Shown: positions 1-9,466 of the stretch, one piece after another | Position numbering within the stretch: position 1 is the stretch's first letter | How the letters are laid out: each line of letters starts with the position of its first letter | Source: Bryobacterales bacterium | Lineage (GTDB): Bacteria > Acidobacteriota > Terriglobia > Bryobacterales > UBA6623 | Direction: 5' to 3' | NCBI GenBank assembly: GCA_965219585.1 | Contig: CBDCOA010000003.1 | Location: 1,642,593 to 1,706,592 of the forward strand | DNA length: 64,000 bases | Translations under genes and position numbers: made by a program | Notes under the pieces: generated by a model | What the model was told of the DNA's origin: nothing | Seen by the model: the letters and a program-made list of their open reading frames with translations, nothing else | The model's database searches: none

Positions 1-515
1 CCGTCGCTGCCTGTGCTGCGGTACTCCAGCAGTACGCCGTCCGCATCGATCATGCGGACCGCTTCGCCCCCGGCTAGCGGCACCAATGCCACCGGCGCGC
101 GCTCGCGCACAGCCACTCGGACTGCATTCGGCCAGATCTTGGAAACACGGGCCTCCTTGACCCACTCGATAGCCAGCAGCTGCTCACGCCGCTCCGAAAC
201 GTCTACCGAGGCCAGGCTCTGGCCGTGGTCAGGTTCGAAAACAGCCGCCACTTCGGATTCGTCTCTGGTCTCAACCCCGTCGACCGTCAGCCACGACCCG
301 TCCGGGGAAAGCTGGAAGACCGCGGCCCGCAGGACAGCCTCCTGCGCGTGCCACCAAGAGACGCCCAGCACTGCCAGCAGGCAACCGGAGAGCAATACGG
401 CACGCTTGGCCCCCGCGCTGGGCTGCGGGTCGCCGCCAGCGCCCGCTGCTGGCGAGACCTGGCGCGGTCTCGAAATCTTGGCTGTCTTAGCCTTGCTGTT
501 GACCTGTTTCTTCAC
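1..515 (-). CDS. ftsQ: Cell division protein FtsQ (5' part; runs off the window edge, so it is absent from the ORF track)
   Basis: Manual translation from GTG at 515 (GTGA overlap with the murC stop): basic N-tail, one TM (AVLLSGCLLAVLGVSWW), POTRA-type motif EWVKEARVSKIWPNAVRVAVRERAPVA...IDADG; dcw position. Confidence 0.9.
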   Translation of the reverse strand, partial: MKKQVNSKAKTAKISRPRQVSPAAGAGGDPQPSAGAKRAVLLSGCLLAVLGVSWWHAQEAVLRAAVFQLSPDGSWLTVDGVETRDESEVAAVFEPDHGQSLASVDVSERREQLLAIEWVKEARVSKIWPNAVRVAVRERAPVALVPLAGGEAVRMIDADGVLLEYRSTGSD

Positions 516-1966
516 GATCGATCCTTCTCCCTCGTCTGTGGGACGCGAACGCCCGAACCCTTCTCGCCGTCCTTGCGGCGGAGCCGTTTCAACATTTCCT
601 CGCCGGCCATCCAGACGTTCCCGGCACCGAACGTGATGAGGGCCTCGCCCGGCCTGACGGTGGCGAGCGCTTGGTCGACAGCGTCCTCCATCGTGGGACA
701 GTAGTCGACGCTGCGATGCCCGGCTCGCAGGATCTCGCCCGCCAGCCAGGGACTCGACACCCCGGGAATGGGATCTTCCCCGGCGGCGTAGATGTCGACC
801 ACCCAGAGCCGGTCCGCCTGGCCGAAACACTCGGCGAACTCGGCGGCGAGATCTTCTGTGCGGCTGTAGCGGTGCGGCTGGAATATCACGTTGACCGCGC
901 GGAACCCGCACGAGGCGGCCGCTGCAAGGGTCGCCCGGATTTCGGTGGGATGGTGCCCGTAGTCATCGATGACCGCGATGCCACGCTCGACACCACGCGT
1001 CTGGAAGCGCCGGTCGACACCGCGAAAGTCGTCGAGCCCGGCGCGGACCTGATCGGGTGAAATCCCCAGCTCGAGACCGACGGCGATCGCGGCCGTGGCG
1101 TTGCGCACGGTGTGCAAGCCCACCCCGCGGACGCGGAACCGGCCGAGGCTCTGGCCTTCCCGCTCGAGATGGAACGACACCTCGCCGTTGCCAAGCTCGA
1201 CCTGATCGGCCACGAAGTCCGCCGCGGGCGAGACTTCGCGGAGACCGTAGGTCAGGCACCGTCTGCGAACGCGCTCAGCGACATAGCGAGCGCGCGGGTC
1301 GTCCGCGCAGACGATCACGGCACCGTAGAAAGGCACGTTGTTTCCGAAAGCCTCGAAGGCCTCGAGCAGGTCCTCGTCAGTGCCGTAGTGATCCATGTGC
1401 TCGCGGTCGATGTTGGTGATGATGCCAATGATCGGATCGAGCGCCAGGAAGGAGCCGTCGGACTCGTCGGCTTCGACCAACAGGTAGTCGCCTTGGCCGA
1501 GGCGCGCACTGGAGCCGATCGAGGCAACCCGCCCGCCAATCACTACGGTGGGATCCTTGCCCCCTGCGCCCAGAATGGCCGCGCAGATCGACGACGTGCT
1601 GGTCTTGCCATGGCTGCCCGCAACAGCGATGCCGTACTTCACCCGCATCAGCTCGGCCAGCAGCTCGCCCCGGGCAATCACTGGAAGCTTCCGGCGGCGC
1701 GCCTCCGCCAATTCAGGATTGTTGGCCGGAATTGCGGAGCTAGTGACCACGGCTTCGGCGTCGCCGATCTGGCCGGCGCTGTGCCCGACCCAGATCGTGG
1801 CTCCCAGTTCGCGCAGCCGCGCCACAATCGGCGACTCGCGCAGATCCGAGCCGGTCACGGTGTAGCCGAGGTTGAGCAGGATTTCGGCGATCCCGCTCAT
1901 GCCGATGCCACCGATGCCGATGAAATGCAGCCGCCTCTGCTGGAACGCTTCCTTGTTGAAGGGCAT
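512..1966 (-). CDS. murC: UDP-N-acetylmuramate--L-alanine ligase
   Basis: HFIGIGGIGMSG, GSHGKTSTS, EADESDGSF, DDYGHHPTE, FQPHRYSRT. Confidence 0.98.
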   Translation of the reverse strand: MPFNKEAFQQRRLHFIGIGGIGMSGIAEILLNLGYTVTGSDLRESPIVARLRELGATIWVGHSAGQIGDAEAVVTSSAIPANNPELAEARRRKLPVIARGELLAELMRVKYGIAVAGSHGKTSTSSICAAILGAGGKDPTVVIGGRVASIGSSARLGQGDYLLVEADESDGSFLALDPIIGIITNIDREHMDHYGTDEDLLEAFEAFGNNVPFYGAVIVCADDPRARYVAERVRRRCLTYGLREVSPAADFVADQVELGNGEVSFHLEREGQSLGRFRVRGVGLHTVRNATAAIAVGLELGISPDQVRAGLDDFRGVDRRFQTRGVERGIAVIDDYGHHPTEIRATLAAAASCGFRAVNVIFQPHRYSRTEDLAAEFAECFGQADRLWVVDIYAAGEDPIPGVSSPWLAGEILRAGHRSVDYCPTMEDAVDQALATVRPGEALITFGAGNVWMAGEEMLKRLRRKDGEKGSGVRVPQTREKDRS

Positions 1967-1968
1967 CG

Positions 1969-3075
1969 CTAGTTCAGTCCTCCTGACCGCGCGGCGGCCT
2001 GCGCGACCGCGTCGGCCGCGTCCTCGGCCGCTCCTCTCGGAGACAGCTGGGCGAGCGCGCGGGACATTCGCTGCAAGCGGCCGGGGTCCGCGGAGAGGGC
2101 GTCAATCTCGCGCACCATGCGCTCGCCCGTCCATTCCGAGTCGTCGCACAAGAGGGCGCCGCCCGCATCGGCGACCGCGGCCCCGTTCGCCTGCTGGTGG
2201 TTGTCCGCCGCGAACGGAAACGGCACAAGCACCGCCGGCTTGCCGGCGGCGCACAGCTCGGCAATGACCGACGCGCCAGCCCGGCAGACCACGAGGTCCG
2301 CCTGAGCAAACAGCCGCGGCATGTTGTCGAAGAAGGCCGCAGCTTCAGCCTCAACGCCGGCTTCGCGATAGGCAGCCGACACCTCCTCGGCGTCCCGCTC
2401 GCCGGTCTGATGCAGCAAGCGCGGGCAGCGCCGGCCCTCGTCGCGCCAAATTCGGACCGCCTCCAAGGCGGCTTCGTTCAGGCGAACCGCGCCTTGGCTA
2501 CCGCCGAGAATCAGGACCGTAAAGGGCTCGCCCGGCGCCTTTTCCCGCGCTTCGAAGAATTCTTTGCGAACCGGCAGTTTCGCCAATTGGCACGACGCGG
2601 ACCGGAATCTCTTCGCAGCCCTTGGGTGGCATACCAGCGCCCGTCGCGCCACCAGTGCCGCGAGGCGATTGGCCAGACCGGGCCGGGCATTGGGCTCGAG
2701 CAGTACGAGCGGCACGTCCATGAGCGCACTGGCCAGCACCAAGGGGCCGGCCGCATACCCGCCCAAGCTCAGGGCGGCCGCGGGCCGGTACCTGAGAACC
2801 AAGCCCGCCGCTACGGAGAACGCGGCGGGCAACAGCAAGAGCGTGGTCAGGCGCCGGCGCAGCGACACGCGGTTCAACGCTCCGACAGGCACGTACCGCA
2901 GGTCGAATCCGGCTGCCGGGACCAGCCGACCCTCGAAGCCGCGGGCGGTGCCGACAAACACGCACAACCATCCCCGCCGACGCAGCTCCTTGGCCACTTC
3001 CAGGCCCGGAATGACGTGTCCGCCCGTACCTCCGGCGGCGATCAGCACGCACGGCTCTGCAGTGGACATCGTCAT
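1969..3075 (-). CDS. murG: Lipid II GlcNAc transferase
   Basis: AAGGTGGHVIPG, GGSQGA, RAGAS, PFPFAADNHQ. Confidence 0.98.
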   Translation of the reverse strand: MTMSTAEPCVLIAAGGTGGHVIPGLEVAKELRRRGWLCVFVGTARGFEGRLVPAAGFDLRYVPVGALNRVSLRRRLTTLLLLPAAFSVAAGLVLRYRPAAALSLGGYAAGPLVLASALMDVPLVLLEPNARPGLANRLAALVARRALVCHPRAAKRFRSASCQLAKLPVRKEFFEAREKAPGEPFTVLILGGSQGAVRLNEAALEAVRIWRDEGRRCPRLLHQTGERDAEEVSAAYREAGVEAEAAAFFDNMPRLFAQADLVVCRAGASVIAELCAAGKPAVLVPFPFAADNHQQANGAAVADAGGALLCDDSEWTGERMVREIDALSADPGRLQRMSRALAQLSPRGAAEDAADAVAQAAARSGGLN

Positions 3076-4151
3076 GACTGGCTCAACCTGCTGACGGACA
3101 GCAACGCGCCTGAAGCTGCGAGTGTTGTCCAGAGCGAAGACCCGCCGTAGCTAATGAAGGGAAGCGGCATTCCCTTGGTCGGCAGCATCCCCAGCACCAC
3201 GCCCATGTTGAGCATGGCTTGGCTCGCGATCATCACAGTGACCCCGGCGGCCAGATAGAAGCCGAAGCGATCGGGAGCGTTCGTGGCCGCGCGCAGGCCG
3301 CGCCACAAGATAACTGCAAAGCCTGCCACCAGCAGCGCCGTGCCGATCAGGCCGAGTTCCTCGCCAACCATGGCGAACATGAAGTCCGAATGCGCCTCGG
3401 GCAGGAAGTCCATCTTCTGCTTGCCCGCCATCCAGCCCTTGCCCAGCAGCCCTCCCGATCCGACAGCGATCCTGGATTGGATGATTTGGAAGCCACCGCC
3501 CAAGGGATCCGCTTCTGGATCAAGGAACACCAGCAGCCGCTTCACGCGGTAGGGCTCGATCAACACGAACACGCTCAGCAGCGCTATCGCGACGAGCGCG
3601 GCGGAAGCAAGCTTGTGGAGCGGCACTCCGGCCAGAAAGATCAACGTGCCGGCCAAGAGGACCAAGCAAGCGGTCGTGCCAAAATCCCTGCCGACGATGA
3701 TCAGGCCAGCCAGCAGGGAAACCACCAGCAACGGCGCCACCAGCGTTCGTCCGAGATGCATCTTCTCGCGGTAAAGGTCGAAGTAATACGCCAGATACAA
3801 GATGATTGCGGGCTTGGCCAGTTCCGATGGCTGCAGGGAGAGCGGGCCCAATCGCAGGAATCGCCGCGTATTCGCCCCCGTGCCCAAGCCTGCGGCCACC
3901 ACCAGCATCAGCACGGCGATGGCCAATACCGCGAAGACAACCCTGGGATCCTGCAATGATCGGTAGTTGACGAACATCAGCCCGTACATCAGCGCGAGCC
4001 CGATCACAGCGGCGATCAGCTGCTTCGCGAAGTGGGCCGAACCCGAGGTTCCCGTGGAGGCCGTGGCGCTGTAGACCATCAACAGCCCGAAAAGCACCAT
4101 CGAGAGGATCGTCCAGATCAGCACGCGATCGAAGCGAAGCATCAGCGGCAT
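3072..4151 (-). CDS. ftsW: SEDS peptidoglycan polymerase FtsW
   Basis: Polytopic; LQPSELAK, FLPEAHSDF, GMPLPFISYGGSS; start trimmed from ORF 4235 to ATG 4151 (4142 is an alternative). Confidence 0.96.
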   Translation of the reverse strand: MPLMLRFDRVLIWTILSMVLFGLLMVYSATASTGTSGSAHFAKQLIAAVIGLALMYGLMFVNYRSLQDPRVVFAVLAIAVLMLVVAAGLGTGANTRRFLRLGPLSLQPSELAKPAIILYLAYYFDLYREKMHLGRTLVAPLLVVSLLAGLIIVGRDFGTTACLVLLAGTLIFLAGVPLHKLASAALVAIALLSVFVLIEPYRVKRLLVFLDPEADPLGGGFQIIQSRIAVGSGGLLGKGWMAGKQKMDFLPEAHSDFMFAMVGEELGLIGTALLVAGFAVILWRGLRAATNAPDRFGFYLAAGVTVMIASQAMLNMGVVLGMLPTKGMPLPFISYGGSSLWTTLAASGALLSVSRLSQS

Positions 4152-5488
4152 GCTCCACCTCCAAGTCCTGCAACGATCCGGCGGAAGTCGCAGCCGCGCT
4201 GGATGTAGTCCGGATACTGGTCGAAGCTGGCACACGCAGGCGCGAGCAACACCGTGTCGCCAGGTTCCGCCCGGGCTGCCGCGCGCTCAAGCGCCGCCCG
4301 CAGCGTGCGCGCCTCGGCCACGGGAACAGCCCCGCCTAGCTGATCGCGAATCAGCGGCGCGGCTTCGCCGATCAACAAGGCCTCCCGCGCGTTGCGCCGC
4401 AAGACCGGCGCCAGCGGGGTGTAGTCCGAACCCTTGTCGTACCCGCCAAGAATCGCCCACAAGCCGCGGGAGAAAGAGCCGCACGCCTTGACGGCCGCGG
4501 CGACATTGGTCGCCTTGGAATCGTTGTAGTAGTCGACCCCGCGAATCGTGGCGACGAACTCCATGCGATGTTCGACGGGCTGGAACGACTTGAGGGCCCG
4601 GCCGATCACTTCGACGCTCACGCCTGCCAACGCGCACGCCGCGACCGCGGCCAACGCGTTCTCCAAGTTGTGCTCGCCGCGGATCGGCAGGTCTGTCTCG
4701 GCGACGTCTTCTCCCCGATAGCGGATCCGGCCCTCGCTGGCGCAGGCATCAACGCCGTCGGCACAGCGGATTCCGAATCGAACCACCGCACCGCGGGCAG
4801 CCGGCTCCATCGCGCGGCAGTGCGGATCGGACGCGTTGAAAACCGCGGTGTCCCCGGAACGCTGGTTGCGCAATATGCGCGCCTTGGCCGCGGCGTAGTC
4901 CGCAAAGTCGCGGTGTCGGTCCAAGTGATCCGGTGTCACGTTCAGCACGGCGGCGACGTGGCAGCGGAAGGAAGCGGCCGCCTCGAGCTGGAAGCTGGAC
5001 AGCTCGAGCACGTGCCAGTCCTCGGTGCGGGAGCCGGCGGCGATTTCGAGCACCGGAGTGCCGACGTTTCCGGCCAGCCTGCCGGATACGCCGGCTCGGC
5101 GCAGCACATGATCGATCAACGAAACGGTCGTGGTCTTGCCATTGGTGCCGGTCACGCCGATCACGCGCCCGCGCAGTGCGCCAGCTGCAAGTTCAAGTTC
5201 GCCGCACACCGCGACTCCCCGCTGCCGGGCGAACACCAAGCCGGGCAGATCCCACGGCACTCCGGGCGAGGGCACGACCAGATCCTGTTCGACCAGCAGG
5301 GCATCGGGGTGCCCGCCGAAGTGTAGGCGCACCGGCAAGTGCTCCAGCGAGGCCGCGGCGGCCAGTTCGCTCTTCGCGCGAGCGTCCGCGGCCGCGACGA
5401 TGGCGCCGCGCGCAACGAGAAAGCGCACGGCCGCCAGGCCAGACTTGCCCAGCCCCAAGACCAGCGCCCGCTTTCCTTGCAACGTCAT
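4142..5488 (-). CDS. murD: UDP-MurNAc-L-Ala--D-Glu ligase
   Basis: LGLGKSG, VTGTNGKTTT, ELSSFQLE, YNDSKATN, LAPACASFDQ; ATGA overlap with the mraY stop at 5485-5488. Confidence 0.98.
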   Translation of the reverse strand: MTLQGKRALVLGLGKSGLAAVRFLVARGAIVAAADARAKSELAAAASLEHLPVRLHFGGHPDALLVEQDLVVPSPGVPWDLPGLVFARQRGVAVCGELELAAGALRGRVIGVTGTNGKTTTVSLIDHVLRRAGVSGRLAGNVGTPVLEIAAGSRTEDWHVLELSSFQLEAAASFRCHVAAVLNVTPDHLDRHRDFADYAAAKARILRNQRSGDTAVFNASDPHCRAMEPAARGAVVRFGIRCADGVDACASEGRIRYRGEDVAETDLPIRGEHNLENALAAVAACALAGVSVEVIGRALKSFQPVEHRMEFVATIRGVDYYNDSKATNVAAAVKACGSFSRGLWAILGGYDKGSDYTPLAPVLRRNAREALLIGEAAPLIRDQLGGAVPVAEARTLRAALERAAARAEPGDTVLLAPACASFDQYPDYIQRGCDFRRIVAGLGGGACR

Positions 5489-6618
5489 CGCAGCTTGAGG
5501 GTGCTCAAGGCCATCAGCGCCATGATCAAGCCCACGATCCACAACCGCGTGATGATCTTGGACTCGGGCCAGCCGAGCTGTTCGAAATGATGGTGAATGG
5601 GCGACATGCGGAAGATGCGCTTGCCGGTGAGCTTGAAACTGCCCACCTGCAGGATGACCGACACCGTCTCGATCACGAACACGGCGCCGATCAGCAGCAG
5701 CACGACTTCCTGTTTCGCCAAGACGGCCACGGTGGCAAGTGCTCCGCCAAGGCTGAGCGAGCCCACGTCGCCCATGAAGATTTCCGCAGGGTGGGCGTTA
5801 TACCACAGGAACGCCAGGCTGGCTCCGACCAAGGCACCGCAGAAGATCGTCAGTTCCGCCGCCAGCGGGACGCTGGGCACGTCGAGATAGGCAGAGATCT
5901 GGGCGTGTCCGGCCACATACGCGAGAATCGCCAGCGCACCGGCGCAAACGACCGTCAGTCCAATGGCCAAGCCGTCCAAGCCGTCGGTCAGGTTGACGCC
6001 GTTGGCGGTGCCGGCCAGCACGAAGAACAGCCACCCGAAGAAGCCCACATAGGCGAACGGAAGCGTTACCGGGCTGCCCAGCAACGACTGGATGACCAGC
6101 TCTGGCCGGAAGTTCTTCGCGAACGGCAGCGACAGCTCCGTCGAATAGTCCCCGCGGCTGCTCAGCGCGATCAGGACCAGCCCGATGAGCATGGTCAGGG
6201 CGATCTGAAGGCCGAATTTCTGCCTCGATGTCAGGCCCAGATTCTGTTTCTTGGCCAACTTGTTGTAGTCATCCAAGAACCCGATGAGTCCGAATCCGAC
6301 AAACGCCGCCAGCGCGATTCCAACGTACGTGTTGCTCAGGTCGGCCCACAGCAGCGTCGGAACGATGGTGGCCATTCCGATCAGGAGCCCGCCCATGGTC
6401 GGGGTCCCCGCCTTCCACTGGTGCGACTGCGGGCCTTCGGCCCGGATGTACTGGCCGATCTGGGCTGAGCGCAACCGTCGGATCAGCCACGGGCCGATCA
6501 ACAGCCCGATCAGCAAGGCCGTGAAGGTCGCCATGGTCGTGCGGACAGTGATGTAGCCGAAGACGCGCAAAGCTCCGAATACGGAGGACAGCGGCTCGAA
6601 GAGAAGCTCGTAGAGCAT
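5485..6618 (-). CDS. mraY: Phospho-MurNAc-pentapeptide transferase
   Basis: KAGTPTMGG, NGVNLTDGLDGLA, FMGDVGSL, PIHHHFE; start trimmed to MLYELLF (ATG 6618). Confidence 0.97.
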   Translation of the reverse strand: MLYELLFEPLSSVFGALRVFGYITVRTTMATFTALLIGLLIGPWLIRRLRSAQIGQYIRAEGPQSHQWKAGTPTMGGLLIGMATIVPTLLWADLSNTYVGIALAAFVGFGLIGFLDDYNKLAKKQNLGLTSRQKFGLQIALTMLIGLVLIALSSRGDYSTELSLPFAKNFRPELVIQSLLGSPVTLPFAYVGFFGWLFFVLAGTANGVNLTDGLDGLAIGLTVVCAGALAILAYVAGHAQISAYLDVPSVPLAAELTIFCGALVGASLAFLWYNAHPAEIFMGDVGSLSLGGALATVAVLAKQEVVLLLIGAVFVIETVSVILQVGSFKLTGKRIFRMSPIHHHFEQLGWPESKIITRLWIVGLIMALMALSTLKLR

Positions 6619-6623
6619 GCGGG

Positions 6624-7988
6624 CTACGCAGCCTCCCTTCCCTCGGAAGCCGCGGCGCCAAGGCAGCCGCAAACGATGTCCCGCGCGCGCTCGAGCCGCA
6701 CCCCGCGCGATGCCTTGAACAGCACTGCATCGCCCTGGCGCAGCATTCCCGTCAAGGCGGAAGCGGCTGATTCGGGAGACGCGTGGAACTCCGCAGAGAT
6801 CCCTGCTGCCGCGGCGATCTCGGCGGCATCCCCAGCAACCGCGACCAAGTGGTCGATGCCGGCCCGTGCCACGGCCGCCCCTACGCGGCGGTGCAATTCC
6901 CGCGACCGGGAGCCGAGCTCGCGCATCTCGCCCAAGACCGCGATCCGGCGCGACGCCGGTGTGCCGCGCAAGACCTCCAACATGGCTTCCATGGCGGGCG
7001 GGCTCGCGTTGTAGCAGTCGTCGATGAATGTGATGCCTGCGATCTGACGGACGATTCCTCGCATGGTGGAGGGTTGAAGACCTCTCAGCGGCTCGCCGAG
7101 GCGCTCGGGAGCGACGCCCAAGGCGGCGGCAGCAGCGGCAGCAGCCAAGACGTTGTAAACATTGTGCTGGCCGGCCAGCGGCGAACATATCGGATGGCCG
7201 TTAAGCCGGAAGCGCGCGCCATCGGAGCCCAACAGCTCGATGTCCTGGGCCCGCAGGTCGGCAGGGCGCTCAATGCCGTAGGTCACAACCGTTCCGGAGT
7301 GCCGGTCGCGAAACGCCGACACGCGGTCGTCGTCCGCATTGAGCACGGCCGTGCCCGCTGGCGCCAGCGCCTCGACCAAGCGGCCCTTCTCCGCCGCGAT
7401 CTCTTCAACGGAGGCGAAATTCCCGACGTGAGCGGTGCCAACGTTGGTCACCACGCTCACGTCCGGCGCGGCAATCTCCGCGAGCGGGCGCATCTCGCCG
7501 ACTCTGTTGATCCCGATCTCGACCACTGCCGTACGAACTTGATCGGGGATCCTTAGCAGCGATAGCGGTAAGCCGTATTCGTTGTTGAGATTGCCCTGCG
7601 ACTTTGCAACCGTCAGGATGTCCTGCAACAGCTCCGCAAGGATGTCCTTCGTGGTGGTCTTGCCGCTGCTGCCAGTCACGGCGACGACAGTTCCGCCCCA
7701 CCGCCTGCGAGCCCTCGCCGCAAGCCGGCCCAGGGCGAGCGACGTGTCCTCCACCCGTAGCAGCGGGCCCTCACCGCGGTAGTCACTCTGGACAACCGCG
7801 GCAACGGCGCCTTTGGCAAGCGCCTCGGGGACGTAGTCATGGCCATCGTTCGACGGCCCGCGAATCGCGAAGAACAGCTCCCCGGCCTTCACGGTGCGCG
7901 AATCGATCGAACATCCGCGGGCCGTTCCGGAGGCACCCTCTTCAGGCAGGCCCAGCCATGCACGAATCTGGGACAGCTGCAGCGTCAT
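6624..7988 (-). CDS. murF: UDP-MurNAc-tripeptide--D-Ala-D-Ala ligase
   Basis: VTGSSGKTTTK, NLNNEYGLP, DDCYNASP, GEMRELG, KASRG. Confidence 0.98.
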   Translation of the reverse strand: MTLQLSQIRAWLGLPEEGASGTARGCSIDSRTVKAGELFFAIRGPSNDGHDYVPEALAKGAVAAVVQSDYRGEGPLLRVEDTSLALGRLAARARRRWGGTVVAVTGSSGKTTTKDILAELLQDILTVAKSQGNLNNEYGLPLSLLRIPDQVRTAVVEIGINRVGEMRPLAEIAAPDVSVVTNVGTAHVGNFASVEEIAAEKGRLVEALAPAGTAVLNADDDRVSAFRDRHSGTVVTYGIERPADLRAQDIELLGSDGARFRLNGHPICSPLAGQHNVYNVLAAAAAAAALGVAPERLGEPLRGLQPSTMRGIVRQIAGITFIDDCYNASPPAMEAMLEVLRGTPASRRIAVLGEMRELGSRSRELHRRVGAAVARAGIDHLVAVAGDAAEIAAAAGISAEFHASPESAASALTGMLRQGDAVLFKASRGVRLERARDIVCGCLGAAASEGREAA

Positions 7989-9466
7989 GCCCTGAAATAC
8001 CCCTTGGCATGCAGAGCCGCCCGAACGGCCTTGCGGTCGTCGAACGGGAGCGTTCCTTCGCGCGTGGTCTGCGTAGTCTCGTGCCCCTTGCCCGCGATCA
8101 GTACGATGTCTCTGCAGCGCGCCTCGTACAGCACGCCCTTGATGGCTTCCGCCCGGTCAGGGTGGACCGTCCACGCATCGCTGGCCTGTCTCAGTCCGGC
8201 CACCACCTCTTGGATGATGGCTAGCGGATCCTCGCTGCGAGGATTGTCGGAGGTCAGCATCACAAAGTCGCTCAACTCCCCGGCGATATTCCCCATGGGA
8301 GCCCGCTTGGTCCGGTCCCTGTCCCCGCCGCAGCCAAACAAAGTCAAGACTCTTCCGGGCGGGTCCTTGCGCTGAACGATCTCCCTAGCCGCTTCGATCG
8401 AGCGGTGCAGGGCGTCGGGAGTGTGGGCGTAATCCACGACCACCAAGAACGGCTGGCCGCAGTCGACTGTCTCGAAGCGCCCCGGCGCGGGCGGCACCGC
8501 CACCAGCCCCGCTTCAATCTCGGCCGCGCCCAAGCCGTGGCACTGGGCGGCGCCCACTGCGGCGAGGATGTTGTCCACGTTGAAATCGCCGATCAGATTC
8601 GACTCGACTCGAATGCGGCCCGCCGGCGATTCGACGTTGAAGCGGACGCCCTGGGCGTCGGACTGAATCCCCGAGGCCCGCACTTGCGCCTCCGAGGCCC
8701 GGCCGTAGGAAAGCAACCGCGAACCGCCCAGCTTGAGCAGCTCCCGCCCTGCCTCGTCGTCCGCATTAATGACAGCGTTGAGCGGCGGACGCGCGCCGGC
8801 GCCCACGAACAGGCGCCTCTTCGCGGCAGCGTAGGACTCCATGTCTCCGTGGAAGTCGAGATGTTCCCTGGAGAGGTTGGTAAAGACCGCCGTATGGAAC
8901 TCGATTCCGTAGATGCGCGCGAGAGAAAGGGCGTGCGAAGACGCCTCGATGGTGGCGTGGCTGCCACCAATCTCGCGCAGTTCCGCGAGCGATCGAACGA
9001 TATCCAGCGACTCGGGCGTCGTGTTGACCGACTTGGCGGCCCGATCGCCGATGCGCTGCTCAATCGTGCCCAGCAAGGCCGTGGTCTTGCCGACCGACCG
9101 GAGCAGCGCATCGAGCAGATGCACCGTCGAGGTCTTGCCGTTCGTCCCGGTGACAGCTGTGATGCTGACGTCACGGTCCGGACGCCCGTAAGAACGCAGC
9201 GCCGCCATCGCCAGAGCGCGGCGGCCGTGCGACACGCGGGCCCATCGCGTTTCCAGTCCGCCGGGGGCGCTGCGCTCGCTAACGATGGCCGCGGCGCCGT
9301 CGCGGAGGGCGGCGGGCACGAACTCGTGGCCATCGACACGCTCGCCGGGAAACGCAAAGAACGCATCGCCCGCAAGGAGCTTGCGCGAATCGTACTGCAG
9401 ACCGGTGACCTCCAGGTCCGGCACTGGACCGACTGCACTGCCTTCCAACATCGCAGGCAGCCTCAT
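7985..9466 (-). CDS. murE: UDP-MurNAc-dipeptide--diamino acid ligase
   Basis: TGTNGKTST, TTPESLD, VDYAHTPDAL, FGCGGDRD, DNPRSED (meso-DAP-type motif), AGKGHE. Confidence 0.98.
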   Translation of the reverse strand: MRLPAMLEGSAVGPVPDLEVTGLQYDSRKLLAGDAFFAFPGERVDGHEFVPAALRDGAAAIVSERSAPGGLETRWARVSHGRRALAMAALRSYGRPDRDVSITAVTGTNGKTSTVHLLDALLRSVGKTTALLGTIEQRIGDRAAKSVNTTPESLDIVRSLAELREIGGSHATIEASSHALSLARIYGIEFHTAVFTNLSREHLDFHGDMESYAAAKRRLFVGAGARPPLNAVINADDEAGRELLKLGGSRLLSYGRASEAQVRASGIQSDAQGVRFNVESPAGRIRVESNLIGDFNVDNILAAVGAAQCHGLGAAEIEAGLVAVPPAPGRFETVDCGQPFLVVVDYAHTPDALHRSIEAAREIVQRKDPPGRVLTLFGCGGDRDRTKRAPMGNIAGELSDFVMLTSDNPRSEDPLAIIQEVVAGLRQASDAWTVHPDRAEAIKGVLYEARCRDIVLIAGKGHETTQTTREGTLPFDDRKAVRAALHAKGYFRA